Assembly (NCBI RefSeq): GCF_038025025.1 | Contig: NW_027117350.1 | Location: 682,001-746,000, forward strand | Origin: Phyllosticta citribraziliensis | Taxonomy: Eukaryota | Length of the DNA: 64,000 nt | Direction: 5' to 3' | In this document: positions 1 through 11,807 of the stretch, one piece after another | How positions within the stretch are numbered: the stretch's first letter is position 1 | Layout of the letters: the number at the start of each line of letters is the position of its first letter | The notes under the pieces: generated by a model | Told to the model about the DNA's origin: nothing | The model's input: the letters and a program-made list of their open reading frames with translations, nothing else | Database searches by the model: none | Position numbers and translations under genes: made by a program

Positions 1-2166
1 AGCCACTGGCGAACTGGACCCCAAACGGCAAGCTGCCTTCGGCGTCTGGCTTGCCTAAATAGTCGCTCAAGGGGAAAGTTCCTACAGGAACTGAAATTGC
101 ACAGAGGTCTAGCACGTTTGCGCAGTGCGTGTATTCGCCCAAGACGCTGTTCTTGCGGATTGGATCTGCGACAACCTCTTCAATGGTCCAGTGAATCGGC
201 GCCGTTGGTGTAACAACCACATCCACTCCGCTGGAATCTGCGCTGAAAACTTGAGCAGCCTGGCGCGTGTAAAGTTCCCTCGCCTGCAAGTCGCGGAAGA
301 GTTCAACTGCCGTGCCCTGCCGGGCGACAACCTTGTCCATCAGCTCTACGATTGTTGGGTGGAGATGCGAACGATTCCTGTCCAGCCAGTCATCTGGTAA
401 GTTTGCTAGGCGCTCGTTGACAAGTGTGCCATCATATAGAAGCTTCCCTGCCTTGTCGAATGGTGCCCAGTCAATCGGACGAAGGATCCCGCCGATGGAC
501 ATCAGCTTTCGAATGACGTGGGAGAATATCTTGCGATAGAGAGGGTGACATGCCCCGAGAGCCTCTGGAGGCGGTACTCCAAACCGGAACGATTTTTGTC
601 GGGGGCCACTGGCTTCAACGTGCCGCTCATGAGTACAAGGAGGCTTCGAGTACCGGTCTTGCGGGTCGTAGCCTTCGAGGACCTGCCATACAGTTCGTGC
701 TTCACTGACCGTTCGCGCAAAGACGGCGATACAATCAAGAGACAGGCAGGCCGGCGTTATGCCGCGCATGGACACAAGTCCTCGAGTGGGCTTGTAACCA
801 ACGACATCGTTGTACAAGGCAGGCACTCTTCCAGATCCTGCAGTATCTGTGCCAATTGAGAAGGACACTAGCCCTGCCCCGACACTGACAGCACTGCCAC
901 TGCTGGAGCCACCGGACGTGTAGTCTTTGCTATAAGTCGAATGCGGTATTCCGTAGGGACTACGGCATCCCGTCAGGCCCGTCGCTATTTGATCCATGTT
1001 GGTCTTGCCGATAAAGATACCTCCGCTATCAATGATCTTGTCGTATACCGGGGCGGAAGTTGATGGCACGTGAGCCATTGGAGGACACGCTGTTGTCGTT
1101 GGGAGTCCAGCAACATCGATCGAGTCCTTGACGCTGAAAGGAATTCCGAACAGAGGTGGTCGTTCCTTGGGGTTTGGCCATTTGGCTTGCACCGCTTGGG
1201 CTTGTCTGAGTACGGAATCCTTGCTCACAAGATGGATCCAAACTGCCGACGAATGCTCCTTGTATTCCTCAATTTTGCAATACAATTGTTCCATGACGGT
1301 CTCTGGTGATACCCCTGAGCGGTATGCGGCTTGCAAACGCCGGATGCGACAGCCTGAAATTTGGCGATATCTCTCATCGCGACCCTTGAGAGAAAGTGCA
1401 TCCTGCACTAGTGCTGGCAACAGACTGCCCATTTCGGTCACAACTCCACACAATCCGTAGTATCGGATGACGTCCAAAGCTGACTGCTTCAGCTGCGCAT
1501 CATAGCTTGCCGTGCAATCGACGATGGTGCCTGCAAGGTCTTAGTATCTTCATCTCAAGCTAGGGCCCAGGGAGTATTCATACAGCATTCAAAGCCCCGG
1601 TCACTAGCTTCTCGAAGAGTAGTAGTCAAAGATCCCTCAGTCGTGATTCCAGCCAACAAGAGGCGCGTGATGCCATTGGCTTTGAGCTTGTGGAGGAGCT
1701 CAGTGTTCCAAAATGCCCCGGCTCCTTTTTTCTCTATGATGATCTCGCCTGGAATAGGCCGCAACTCATTGACAAAGTCCGACATGGGCTCGCCTCTGAT
1801 CAAGAACCGCCCTAGAGGACCAGTGTCGCCAACAGTCCGCGCTGATGATTTTGAAAGAACGATGCTGCTGCCATACACATTCAATTTCGAGGAGGGGCAG
1901 TCGGAGAGATCCGGCGCGTAGCACTCTTTTGCGTGAACAATGGTCAAGCCTGCGTCTCGGCATTGTCTAAGAAGCATTCGCAACGACTTGATGGCGGATT
2001 CGACCGCAGACACATCTGCGTTTAGGGTGCGCGCGTATCCATCTTCGTAGACAAAATCTTTTTGCGTGTTTAGGAGAAGCAGAGCAGTGTGACGATACAA
2101 GAACGTAAAGGAGCGAGGCCTTCCTTCTATATTGTGGCCAGGCGAAGCACTTCCAGTGGTGGCCAT
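1..2166 (-). CDS. Fusion of an isochorismatase-family (biuret/triuret hydrolase-like) domain and an amidase-signature allophanate hydrolase-like domain; 3' end lies outside the window
   Basis: Exon 1 is 2166-1584 (MATTGSASPG...REASDRGFEC). Intron 1583-1531 reads GTATGA..CTAAG..CAG. Exon 2 runs open from 1530 to base 1 and is missing from the ORF track because it has no stop in the window. It encodes PLFGIPFSVKDSIDVAGLPTTTAC, GKTNMDQIATG, SGGSSSGSAVSV, GTDTAGSGRVPA (Lys/Ser/Ser amidase triad) and LLYDGTLVNERLA, typical of allophanate hydrolases. Confidence 0.9.
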
Positions 2167-2677
2167 TGAAGAGGGGAGCGTCCAGTCCGGATTGGCGGCT
2201 TTCAAGAATGTCGAAGACGGTGGGAATGGCGGTTGATAAAGGCTACAGCTGGGGTCAAATAGCAGATAGACTCATGGATGCGGCCCCAATAACGTTGGCC
2301 GTCGGCGCACAGCTGCTGGCGTCTTCCTGGCTACCTTACGGGGGCAAGCGTGACCGGGAACAAACCAGACAACCAAGCCACCACTGACATGATTGCGGGG
2401 CCCGGGAGCGACAGGCATGAGGCTGACAAAACGGCTGTTATGGCTTGCCCCGTGGAGAGGTGGGGTTGGACCATGAAGATGTCGAGGGAGCGGTCGTCGG
2501 TAGTCCGTCGCAAGCTCGGGCCAAGGTACATGATTCCTTGTCGCCCGCGGCGCCTGGGCTTGCGGTGCGCTACCACTCCACATGCATGTTCGTCCTGCCT
2601 ACCTAAACTTTCCGAGGCGCTACTTCACCAAAACACCCCACTCCCTCACATCATCCATTCTCGAGTAACCGCACATC

Positions 2678-5520
2678 ATGGTCGGCAAGAAGTCTGGCCG
2701 CACCCTCATGAGGGAGGAAGGTTTGTCCTCCAAGCTTGCCCTCATCAATGCTGAAGCTCTAGCAAGCGCACCGCTGACACTCAGTCACAGGCCTGGAGCG
2801 GACGGACAACAACCTCGACCTCACGACATGGCCTCAGGTCAACATGATCAATCAGAAAAACTACTACACGTCCGTAATCCCCCTTCCATAGTTCTGCCCC
2901 GACTGCGCTCCATCCATCGCCTCCCTGGCCTCCTCCGAGCGGTGGGACCGACGTCCGGAACAATTCATGGTGTGAAGTCATGCCAGGACAACATCGTGGT
3001 AGAGCGCTTGCGAATGTCCTACCCCAAGAGGCGTAACAAGGCTCGCATGAGACGACCGAGTGGCCTCGGGACATCATCGCGAGATGTCGCTTGGTGGGAT
3101 TCGGACGGCGGTTCGTTAGCCATGCCATGCCAATCTGGGGACTGGCGGGCAATAGTCTCGTCTCGCTTTACAGAGTCATGCTCAATCAGTGGAGCTTGGG
3201 ACCAGAGCAAGGATTCAGAATCCAGTTGCTTGGCGGCAAACTGGTTCAGTGCAATGGCTCAAGCGACATCATCTTTGCTCAGAATGCGCCAACCCGATCT
3301 TGCCAGGTCCTCGAGGTCGCCATGTCAGAACACTATGCTCCGAAACCATAGCGACTTGATAATGTTTCCTGGCTACTGTTTTGCGTTTCTTCCGGGATCC
3401 TTACTGACGGCTTTGTCGAACAGAGAATATCTCAAGCGCGATGACCAATTTCTTGCGTATCGAACTCAGAACGAGGAGGCTACAAATCGCATGGTCCAGC
3501 AAGCTCGTGACAAAGACCGTGCACTTGCGCAAGGCGTTGAAGTACCCGAGGACGAGAACGCGGATGAGAACGGTCAGACTGTGGCAACACAGGAGGCATT
3601 CGGCTCGAAGATTGTTGTCATACATCCCGGCAGTCAAAACCTGAGGATAGGCTTGGCCAGTGACATTCTACCAAAGACTGTCCCGATGGTGATTGCTCGT
3701 AAATGGGCACAAAACGAGGCAGAGGAAGCGGGGGAGCCCAAGCCTAAGCGCGTCAAGGTCGATGGCCAAGAACCTGAAGAACCCGACCAGTTATTTGGAC
3801 CCGAGTTCTCATCTCAATTCAGTGCCATGTCTACGGAGCTGAAATTGCGCATGAGAGCGAATAAGCGGCGTGTTCTTCCAAATTCCAAGGAACTCGTCGT
3901 TAACTACAACAAGCGCTCATCCCCTGAGATAATTAAGGAGCACAACGATCCTCACCGCATCGAATGGACGGAGCTTCCTCCTAATTCACGAGATGCGCCA
4001 GACTACCTCCTCGGCCAAGCTGCTCTTCGGATACCAGAAGAATCGAATCCGCGCTACAAACTATTCTGGCCAATCAAGCATGGCTGGTTCAACGAGCAAG
4101 ACTACTCGACCAAGACGATGCTTTTCCAGGACATTGCGCTCATCATCGAGCATGCCGTCATCTCTGAGCTGGGCCTAAAGCACAAAAAGGACTGGTCTCA
4201 GTACGGATGCGTCTGTGTCATTCCAGATCTCTACGAAAAACGCTACGTCTGCCAAATGCTTGACATCTTGCTGAGGGACATTGGTTTTGGACGTGTGTGC
4301 TTTCAGCAAGAAAGTCTTTCAGCGACGTTCGGAGCCGGGTATTCGAGCTCCTGCATTGTTGACATTGGAGCACAAAAGACATCGATATGCTGTGTCGAGG
4401 AAGGCCTGTGCATTGAAGACTCTCGCGTCAACTTGAAATACGGCGATGTGGATGTCATGGACACATTTATACGAATGATGCTGCATGACTACTTCCCGTA
4501 CTCCGACATCAACCTCAGGAGGAGGTACGATTTCCTACTCGCTGAGGAGCTCATGCACAAGTTTTGCACGATGAACGAAGGCGACATTAGCGTTCAGCAT
4601 TACGATTTCCACTTGAGGGCGTTCGGTAAAGATACCAAAAAGTACTTTTTCAAGACGTACGACGAGACTATGCTTGCACCCATGGTAAGTCAATCCATCC
4701 CAGGACCTGGGCTTCTTCCATCTAACTCTTCTAGGGCTATTTCGTCCCAACGATATTTGACCACTCCGAGAAACTCAAGGGTCGGAGGAAGCTCATCCCA
4801 CCGTCATTCGATCTCTACGATGGATCACCAAACGACCCGCAGTCAGCAGCACAATCAGCAATCTTGCAAATAGCTGCACAAAGTCAGCCCGGGGTCAACG
4901 GGGAAGCTCCTACCGAACCTCCCTCACGACCTCCTCCAGTAGCCTCCACACCAAGTCGGTCCAATCCAGTAGGACTTGTCGGTCGCTTCAATGAGGAACA
5001 AGGCACGCCTCGATCTTCAGTGGCTGGTTCGCCTGGGCCAGAGGGCACTCCTCAGCCTCCGAGAGAAACCCCCATGGGAGGAGAACCCGGGGCAGCCACT
5101 TCGGGAATCTTTGAGCACCCGACTCTTGATAAAATCAAGGCTGCGGAAGCGCGCGACAGGATTCTACCCTTTGCACCTCTTGACACGGCAATAATGACTT
5201 CAATCCAAAACGGCGCCCGTGGAGATGACCGCAAGGCCCGCGACTTTTACGGTGGCATCATGATCACTGGCGGAGGCAGCAAAATCCCGCTTTTGATGGC
5301 GTTCCTGGAATCAAAGCTCAAAGAGCGCTTACCCGGCATCAGCCAGGACATCTTGATCGGGACCCCGCCTAGGGACCTCGATCCCCAGGTTTTGGTTTGG
5401 AAGGGAGGCAGCGTCTTTGGCAAGCTGAGTCCTAGTGGGAATGACAGCTGGATCAGCCAGAAGGAGTATGACGTCTTGGGGAGCAGGTTGCTGATTAGCA
5501 AGTGCATGTTTCCTTGGTAG
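2678..5520 (+). CDS. ARP8: Actin-related protein 8, INO80 complex subunit (~722 aa)
   Basis: Exons 2678-2720, 2791-2869, 3424-4684, 4735-5520. Spliced N-terminus MVGKKSGRTLMREEGLERTDNN...QKNYYTEYLKRDDQ. Arp8/actin-fold motifs IVVIHPGSQNLRIG, LFWPIKHG, CIVDIGAQKTSICCVEEG, ITGGGSKI and LVWKGGSV. Confidence 0.93.
2870..3423 (+). other. 554-nt ARP8 intron 2 with nested inverted repeats (predicted long hairpin)
   Basis: GTCCGT donor, ACTGAC branch point, CAG acceptor. Complementary segments: 2954-2960/3390-3396, 2982-2994/3362-3373, 3060-3072/3307-3320, 3083-3093/3260-3270 (11 perfect bp), 3118-3123/3254-3259 and 3129-3133/3230-3234. Confidence 0.7.
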
Positions 5521-5783
5521 ATTGGGCGGATCAATTTTGCGGCAGTCTGCGGTCCAAAAACCTCAGCATCTGTACTCATGACACGAATATTCCCTTCACC
5601 TTATTCTTCGCTGGAAATCGTGAACGTGGCACGCCTCCGAAAGCCCGCACGCCCGCGGGCACTCATGGTCTGCGCACGGACCTTGCCGTCGACGCGCCGC
5701 AGCTTCAACTTGACCTTTGACCCAAAATCTACCAAACCACTCTTCTTTCCACCACCCAGAGCCTCCACAAACAATCCGTCAAT

Positions 5784-7199
5784 ATGGCGAGCGGTGCGCG
5801 CGCCTACCACCAGGACTACATTGCCCGTGTACGATACTCGAATGCGCTTCCTCCTCCGCCGATCCCCCCCAAGCTCCTCGAGATCCCAAACACCGGCCTT
5901 GCCAGCGGAGAGTACACATCAGCTGGATATGCTTCGAGACTTGCGCGAGAGCAGCCGCTCAACATTGAGGCTGATGCAGAGCTTGGAATGCCCATAGACC
6001 TCATCGGTCTCCCCGGCGTGTTTGAAGGCGATGACGCTGGTACGTTGCAGGCGGATTCATTGCCGATGCGCAGCTTCAGCGCGACATTGCTGACACTTTG
6101 AATAGCCATTATGGCATCCGAGAGCCCTGATCAAGTCGACATAAAAGATAGGCCGCTTCTGCGTCCACTGTCAACCCTCGGCAAGCCGACCACCGCGAGC
6201 GGCGGTTCCACCTTCTTGCGCAGAACAGAGTACATCACGGCGTCGGGCGGAGGCGGTCAGGGCGTGTTCCGGGATAGCAACCGTGTGCGCAAACCGAAGA
6301 GGCGTGTGCAGACGGACGAGGAGAAGAACGAGCCCATCAACATCCTGCGTAATATCATGAAGGGCTTCGACATTCAATACCCAGAAGATGCCTACAAGGG
6401 CCACGATACGACGTCAAACCTGCGCGCCGAGGAGATCACGGCGGAAGAGAAGCGCGCCTGGCAGACGCCCCGGCACCCAAGCAAACCTGGCCTCAAGCTT
6501 CTCGACAGCTACCCTCTGCTTCCCGACCTGGACGCCCTCCCCGAGCCCGGCAGCTACATCGTGACGAAATTCCAAACCAACCCCGTCAGCCAAAGCGACA
6601 AGTACGACGAGCGCGTCAACGTGGGCATCTTCCGCATCCTGGAGCCGGACCTGGAAGCACAAGCAGAGTACCAGCGCAAAGCAGCCGAAGCCGAGGCGGA
6701 TGCCACCAAGGACGCGCCCATGCCCGAGTTCGACTACGAGTTCTTCCTGCCCGGCGCGGCCGACAGCGTGCGCGGCATCAAGCGCAAGTTCGACGTGCTG
6801 CACCCCCAGCGCGACGAGCCCGACCTGTACGACAGCGAAAACCCCGAGACGGGCAAGCGCTTCTTCCGCTACGACCGCCTCCGCGCCTACGAGACGTATC
6901 AGCAGACGGGCAACGCCAAGGACCCGTACGACGATACTGTCGCGTTGGCTCTGCACGACGCGAACGACAAGAGCGGCAGCAATCTGACAAAGGCGGCGTA
7001 CTTCTACCCGGTCATGCAGCGCACGTTCATCCGCCCTAAGAGGAAGCAGACGCGCGGCGCCATGGCCATGGCGAGGCCGGACGAGGAAGAAGACAATAGG
7101 GTCGACGCGTTGGAGGTTGAGGTGCGCGATCTGGATGAGGGCGAGTTGGAGTTGAGGAGAGACGTCAAGGCTAGACTGGTGGCGGAGGACGAGGTCTGA
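5784..7199 (+). CDS. PAF1: RNA polymerase II-associated factor Paf1 (~449 aa)
   Basis: Exons 5784-6039 and 6106-7199; intron GTACGT..GCTGAC..TAG. Paf1 motifs QDYIARVRYSNALPPPPIPPKLL, ELGMPIDL, FLRRTEYIT and HPSKPGLKLLDSYPLLPD. Confidence 0.93.
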
Positions 7200-7961
7200 G
7201 GCGCAACTGAGCACGGCGATTGTTGAGACACGGGCCTTGGTGGGGTTGGGTTGTCTCTTTCCCTTTTTCATCTTTGTCGCCTTTCCGATGCTGCGGATTG
7301 GATTGGATGGACGCCATGGGCATGACGGCCGTTCTGTGGCTGCTCTTTCTCCGGGGAGGCACGCTGTCGTCGTTTTCTAGTTGATCTGCTTCGGCACCAG
7401 CCACCACAGCCTCCCCACCCCGTTGCCATGGTGGGTGGTGCTCCTTGTACTCTATCACAAACAAAACAACGACACTCGATGCGGATGATGGGTAGTTAGT
7501 ACGTCCCTCTTGCCGGGGCTTGGATTGGCAACGGACGGAAGGCTATCAAACTTCAAGAACTTTCTAACTCCACGTACTGTCTCTCCTTCGAATGTTCTCA
7601 GTGATTACACGCCTCGGGACTCTACTTTCACCGGTTCATGACACGGACATGGGCTTCTGGTAGGTACTGTACTCGTTCTGGTCCTCCTTCCCCGTCGAGA
7701 GCTAGCTAATTGACATATTCCACGCTATTCATTTCCCTCTCCCCTGAGACTGAGCGAAGACGGAGCGACAAACGAAGTAGCTCTGAAGACTCGTCCCCAG
7801 CTACGCTTTCCACGCGTCAAATAGCAACATCTCCTGAAAGCAAGCGACCATACATGGCCAAGCAAAAGACGCGCCATCCGTCAACCGGCAACACATGTCT
7901 CTGGAACCACATAAAATGGGATGACACACACCCACGACTATCCAGCCCGTCTGTGATCTCT

Positions 7962-10923
7962 TCACAGCTCCATTTCGTCATCATCTGGATTGACACTCGC
8001 CACAACACTAGCAGGAGAGGTCAGGTAGGTGGCCTTGATGAAGCCGGCGCTGACGCTACTCTTGCAGGCACGCTTCGGAGTGACTCGGCGGCCCACTTCC
8101 TCCAACCACGATTCCTGGCTTCGCCTCTTCCGACTTGGTGTCTGGAGACTTGCGACAGGGGCCTTGGCGCGCGTCAAGGAAGACTGTTGATTGGATGCCG
8201 AAGAGAATCCTTGCTCGGTGGCAGTCGCCGTCGCCCGTTGTTTGCCCTTGCGCAAGCTGGACGTTGCTAGGGTAGGCTGTGAAGAAGGTCCTGCTGCAAA
8301 ATGTGAGCAAGAACCCCCTTTTATGACATTGGGAAGGGCTGGTGTCTTACCCTGAGTGAGTGTCTTCGGTGCCTCTGACCTTGAAGGTGCTGCCGAAATG
8401 GGAGCCTCAATTTCGTTGGCTTTTTCTTGGGGGACATACTTCGAAACGATTAGTCGGAGCTTCTGTTGTTCTGGAATGTCTCGATTTACCAGATGCTCGA
8501 TCCACTTGAAGGGTGCAAAGCATTCGTCAATCATCCTCTGGTAGGCTGGTCCACTTTTGACAATGTGGTGAGCTCTTGAGTGCTTCTTCTGTCCTGTAAC
8601 TGGCACAAGGTACCCCTTCTCTCGAAGATGGCCTGACAGTCTCGAGGCAGTCTGCCTGTCGATTTCTGCGCCAAATTGTTAGATGATACGATCAAACAGC
8701 GACTGATGTCATACCGAGGCCTGCTGCAAATTTCGAGTCATCAATGAAGCCGAACCGCTCAATGTAGCGTATGCCACATCGCATAAGGGCTAGGCTCCGC
8801 AACGCAGGAAACATCTTGGGGTCTTCTTTGACCGTGAGACACCTGTAGCAAATACGGTCTTTCGGTACCCGCCTGTCGGAGCGACCTCGATATCCGTAAC
8901 AGTAAGAATGCTGCCAATTCTCGCATAGATGGCATTGAAGCTGTTCTTGTCAATCCTGGTCCAGAATGTAAAGGGGCCGTCCATACCATCTGTTCGGGGT
9001 CTTCTCTACTCCAATCACATTCACATCTGATGCGATCAACACTGCCCAGTCCTTGGAGATCAAGACCGGTGCTGTGTCGCTTCAGAGGACTTGAGGTCAT
9101 TCCCCGTTGACTTTCACGCACGAGCGCGGAAAGTTTCTCCTCTGACAGCTGCAAGCCAATTTCGCGATGCGCTGAGGTTGCTTGTGGTTCCAATTCTTCA
9201 GGAGTAAGCATGATAGGCTGTGTATCCAAGGAACCTTCATCTGCGGGCGTATCTTGGAGCTTTAGGGAAGTTAGTAGGTTCCAGAGGAGGGAATTCTGGG
9301 CGAAGATTACCATATTCCTCAAGAAGTTTCTCTCGGATACGTCTGGAGACTCATGGTCTATCGTAGAAGATGACCGCACCCGCGTCTCGCTTTGGTTCCG
9401 AGCGCCCACTTGCTGCGGAAGATCATCTTGAACGCTGGATCGATCTGCTTTGTCGACTTTGCCGGAATGCGCCGAAGGCTCCAACGATCCACCAGCATGT
9501 TCTGTGTCTTTGGACGGTTGGACTCCAGGTTGTTCCCGTCGAAGCGATCGGGAATCCAAGCTTTGCAGGTTTTCGCGCCTGTTGTGACTCCTCTCTGGGT
9601 TGCCAGTCTTTGATGCCTCACCCGAGGATTGAGGCGCATCGCTCGGTTGGTTTGCAACCTCGCTGCTCGAACCTTTCTTGGCCTCCTTCTTGGCCTCCGT
9701 TGTCGTCTCCTCAAGCTCGAAGAACTCGCCGTCGGCGTTGTCTATGATGGAGGCAACGTCGGTGTAGTTTAGGTTTGATGGAATTTTGGCCTCCATTGAA
9801 GGGTCTTCGTGTTCCAGGTGATTGACGCTCAAAGCCAGGCTTGTTGAGGGTGCCATTAGTGAGAGAAACTTGTTGATGTGTTCAACGACTCACCTGTGGT
9901 ATCCGGTATCCATCTCTCCCATAGAAACGGTCTTCCTAGTCCATCCATCGCCGCTCGGGAAAGCAAGGCTATCACTTCCTCCTGTCATGAATCCAGGAGG
10001 TTCGTAATCGTTCGGGCATGTGGCGTTGTAAGAGAGTTGAATCTTTAGCGACCGTTGCTCTGAGAAATGAGTCAGTAAATAGTGCTGAGACTCTGAACAT
10101 GGAAACTCTGACTTGGTAAGTCTGCAAGATTTGGACAATACATGCACAGCTTCTTTATCATCTGTGTGAAGCCGACACGCGCATTCCAGATGGAGGTGGG
10201 CTTCAAACCCGGCATGCTGATTTGCACCAGCTCAGCACCTAGGGATTCCGTGTACCGGACCCTGAAGTCGTATGTCTCCAGGACTTCGGAAGGCCGACCC
10301 TCGTTCTCGATGATGATGAATTGGAAGGTTTCCAGATAACGCTTCTTGAGAGCGTGGAAGACGCCTTTCTCCTGCAAGTTCAACTTGTGAGCTCAAATCG
10401 AGATGAATGGGATGGAAGTCCTACCAGCCAGTCGAGCAGGTGGTCGACACCTTTGTCTTCCCCACGCTTCAAAATGGACACAGCAGCACCAGGACGCTGC
10501 TGCTTTGAGCTTTGGAGGCCTTTCTTGCCAGAAGCCCATTCATCATAATCCCAGTGATCATGACGATTCTCGTACGTGCGTCTTGTGAAACAATTGTCTG
10601 GGAAAAGTTGCCTGTAGCAGTGAGTCTCGCGATTGCGTGCATGCCATGTGACGGTCTGACCTGAGAAAGGCAACGCAGCTGATCTACATCAGGTTAGCCA
10701 AAAAATGCTGTGAATTGGTAGATGTGAAGCTCACCCCGGCATGAAACAACGACTGCACAAGCTGGGTGCTCTGGTCAAGCTTTATCGGCTGGCTGACGTT
10801 CGAGGCCGCCGACGTCTCTGGTCGCTGCTCTGACGAAGACGCGGTTGATTCGTTCGCATTCTGCAAAGCCGGCTTCGCGGCCGCAGCAGCCTGCTTGGAG
10901 CGGTGCCGTGTTTTCGCAGGCAT
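7962..10923 (-). CDS. HOP1: Meiotic HORMA-domain axis protein Hop1: HORMA domain, PHD finger, winged-helix-like region and C-terminal closure-motif-like segment (~868 aa)
   Basis: Eight exons. Introns 10734-10684, 10660-10612, 10424-10372, 10112-10060, 9893-9840 (AAG acceptor), 8986-8941 and 8714-8666. HORMA motifs ISCVAFLRQLFPDNCF, WLEKGVFHAL, ETYDF, YEPPGF and MDTGYH. PHD finger IRCECD..QCHLCENWQHSYCYGY..ICYRCL. C-terminal PKRACKSSVS. Confidence 0.88.
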
Positions 10924-11331
10924 GGAATGGGTGGGGTGCTTCACCCTCGATGAGAAGACAAGTGCTGCTCTCTGAGATGAGAGTTGAGGTGTAGGAGTGA
11001 TGAAGCGATGGTGAAGTGGGAGAAGTGGATGTGGCAGAAAAAGGCTGTGGGTGGTGTCGGGGCTGTGGAGGAAGGCGCGACGCAAATGGCAAGAGCAACC
11101 CGACATGCGGTGCCTTGAGAGGCTCCCCCACCAGACGCAACATCTTCAGCCTGGCTCAGGTCCTATTCCCACAATTGAAGACAATCTAAACTGAGAAGTC
11201 CCCATGCCGGACGTAGAAATCACTGCCCTTGTTACCAAGTGCCGTCCAACCAGCCCCGCGCAAATGAAAGAACATTCTGTCTCCCGAATTCCAACTCCCC
11301 TGCTTTTTGACCGTGTTCCCGGCATTCAGAA

Positions 11332-11807
11332 TCAGCACCGCTTCCTCCAAATCGAGCCCATGACTGCTTTGAAGGCTCTGAATGATTCAATCACGGTGGG
11401 TACTTCGCCGTCAATGGATTGAGCACTGTCCAGTTAGCAGCTTGGTATGGGAACAATGTTTGACAGACTTACTAAACGATTGCTGAGGATCTGATGGCAA
11501 GTAGGAGGATACAAGTGGCGTACAGGGCCCATTTGCATCTCCGCTGACAGTTTATCCGGCCCAGCATGTTCCCAACGAGCATTATCCAGGAGGCGACCAC
11601 CTGTCTGTTCAAGGTTTGGATATGCGTCCTGCAAAAGTCTCTTCTATTTTCCGACGTGTCTTGGAGCAAGGACCACAGGATGCCGACGATGAACAGCCAA
11701 AGCGTGGCCGTCGTGGACCAAACGAAAGAGCATTCGCGGACATGCTCGATAGCGTCTGATACACGTTGGGCCCATTCTCGGCGGTGCCGTTCAACGAAGG
11801 GATTCAT
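11332..11807 (-). CDS. Putative orphan two-exon membrane protein (~142 aa)
   Basis: ATG in CAAGATG context after a pyrimidine-rich leader. A consensus 47-nt intron at 11472-11426 (GTAAGT..GCTAAC..CAG) removes the TAG and restores the frame (..SSAIVY AQSIDGEV..WRKRC*). Hydrophobic stretches TLWLFIVGILWSLL and WALYATCILLLAI. No recognisable family. Confidence 0.5.

Noticed and set aside
3090..3305. RNase P/MRP-like words in the ARP8 intron (GGTGGGATTCGG, AGTGCAAT, AACCCGAT)
   Set aside because: The candidate CR-I and CR-V segments cannot form the P4 helix, and the helix order does not fit the RNase P or MRP topology.
6414..7271. 285-aa antisense ORF over PAF1, and similar antisense ORFs over GCV2, FAB1 and the monooxygenase
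   Set aside because: These are shadow ORFs caused by high GC3 codon bias in the sense gene and have no domain features.
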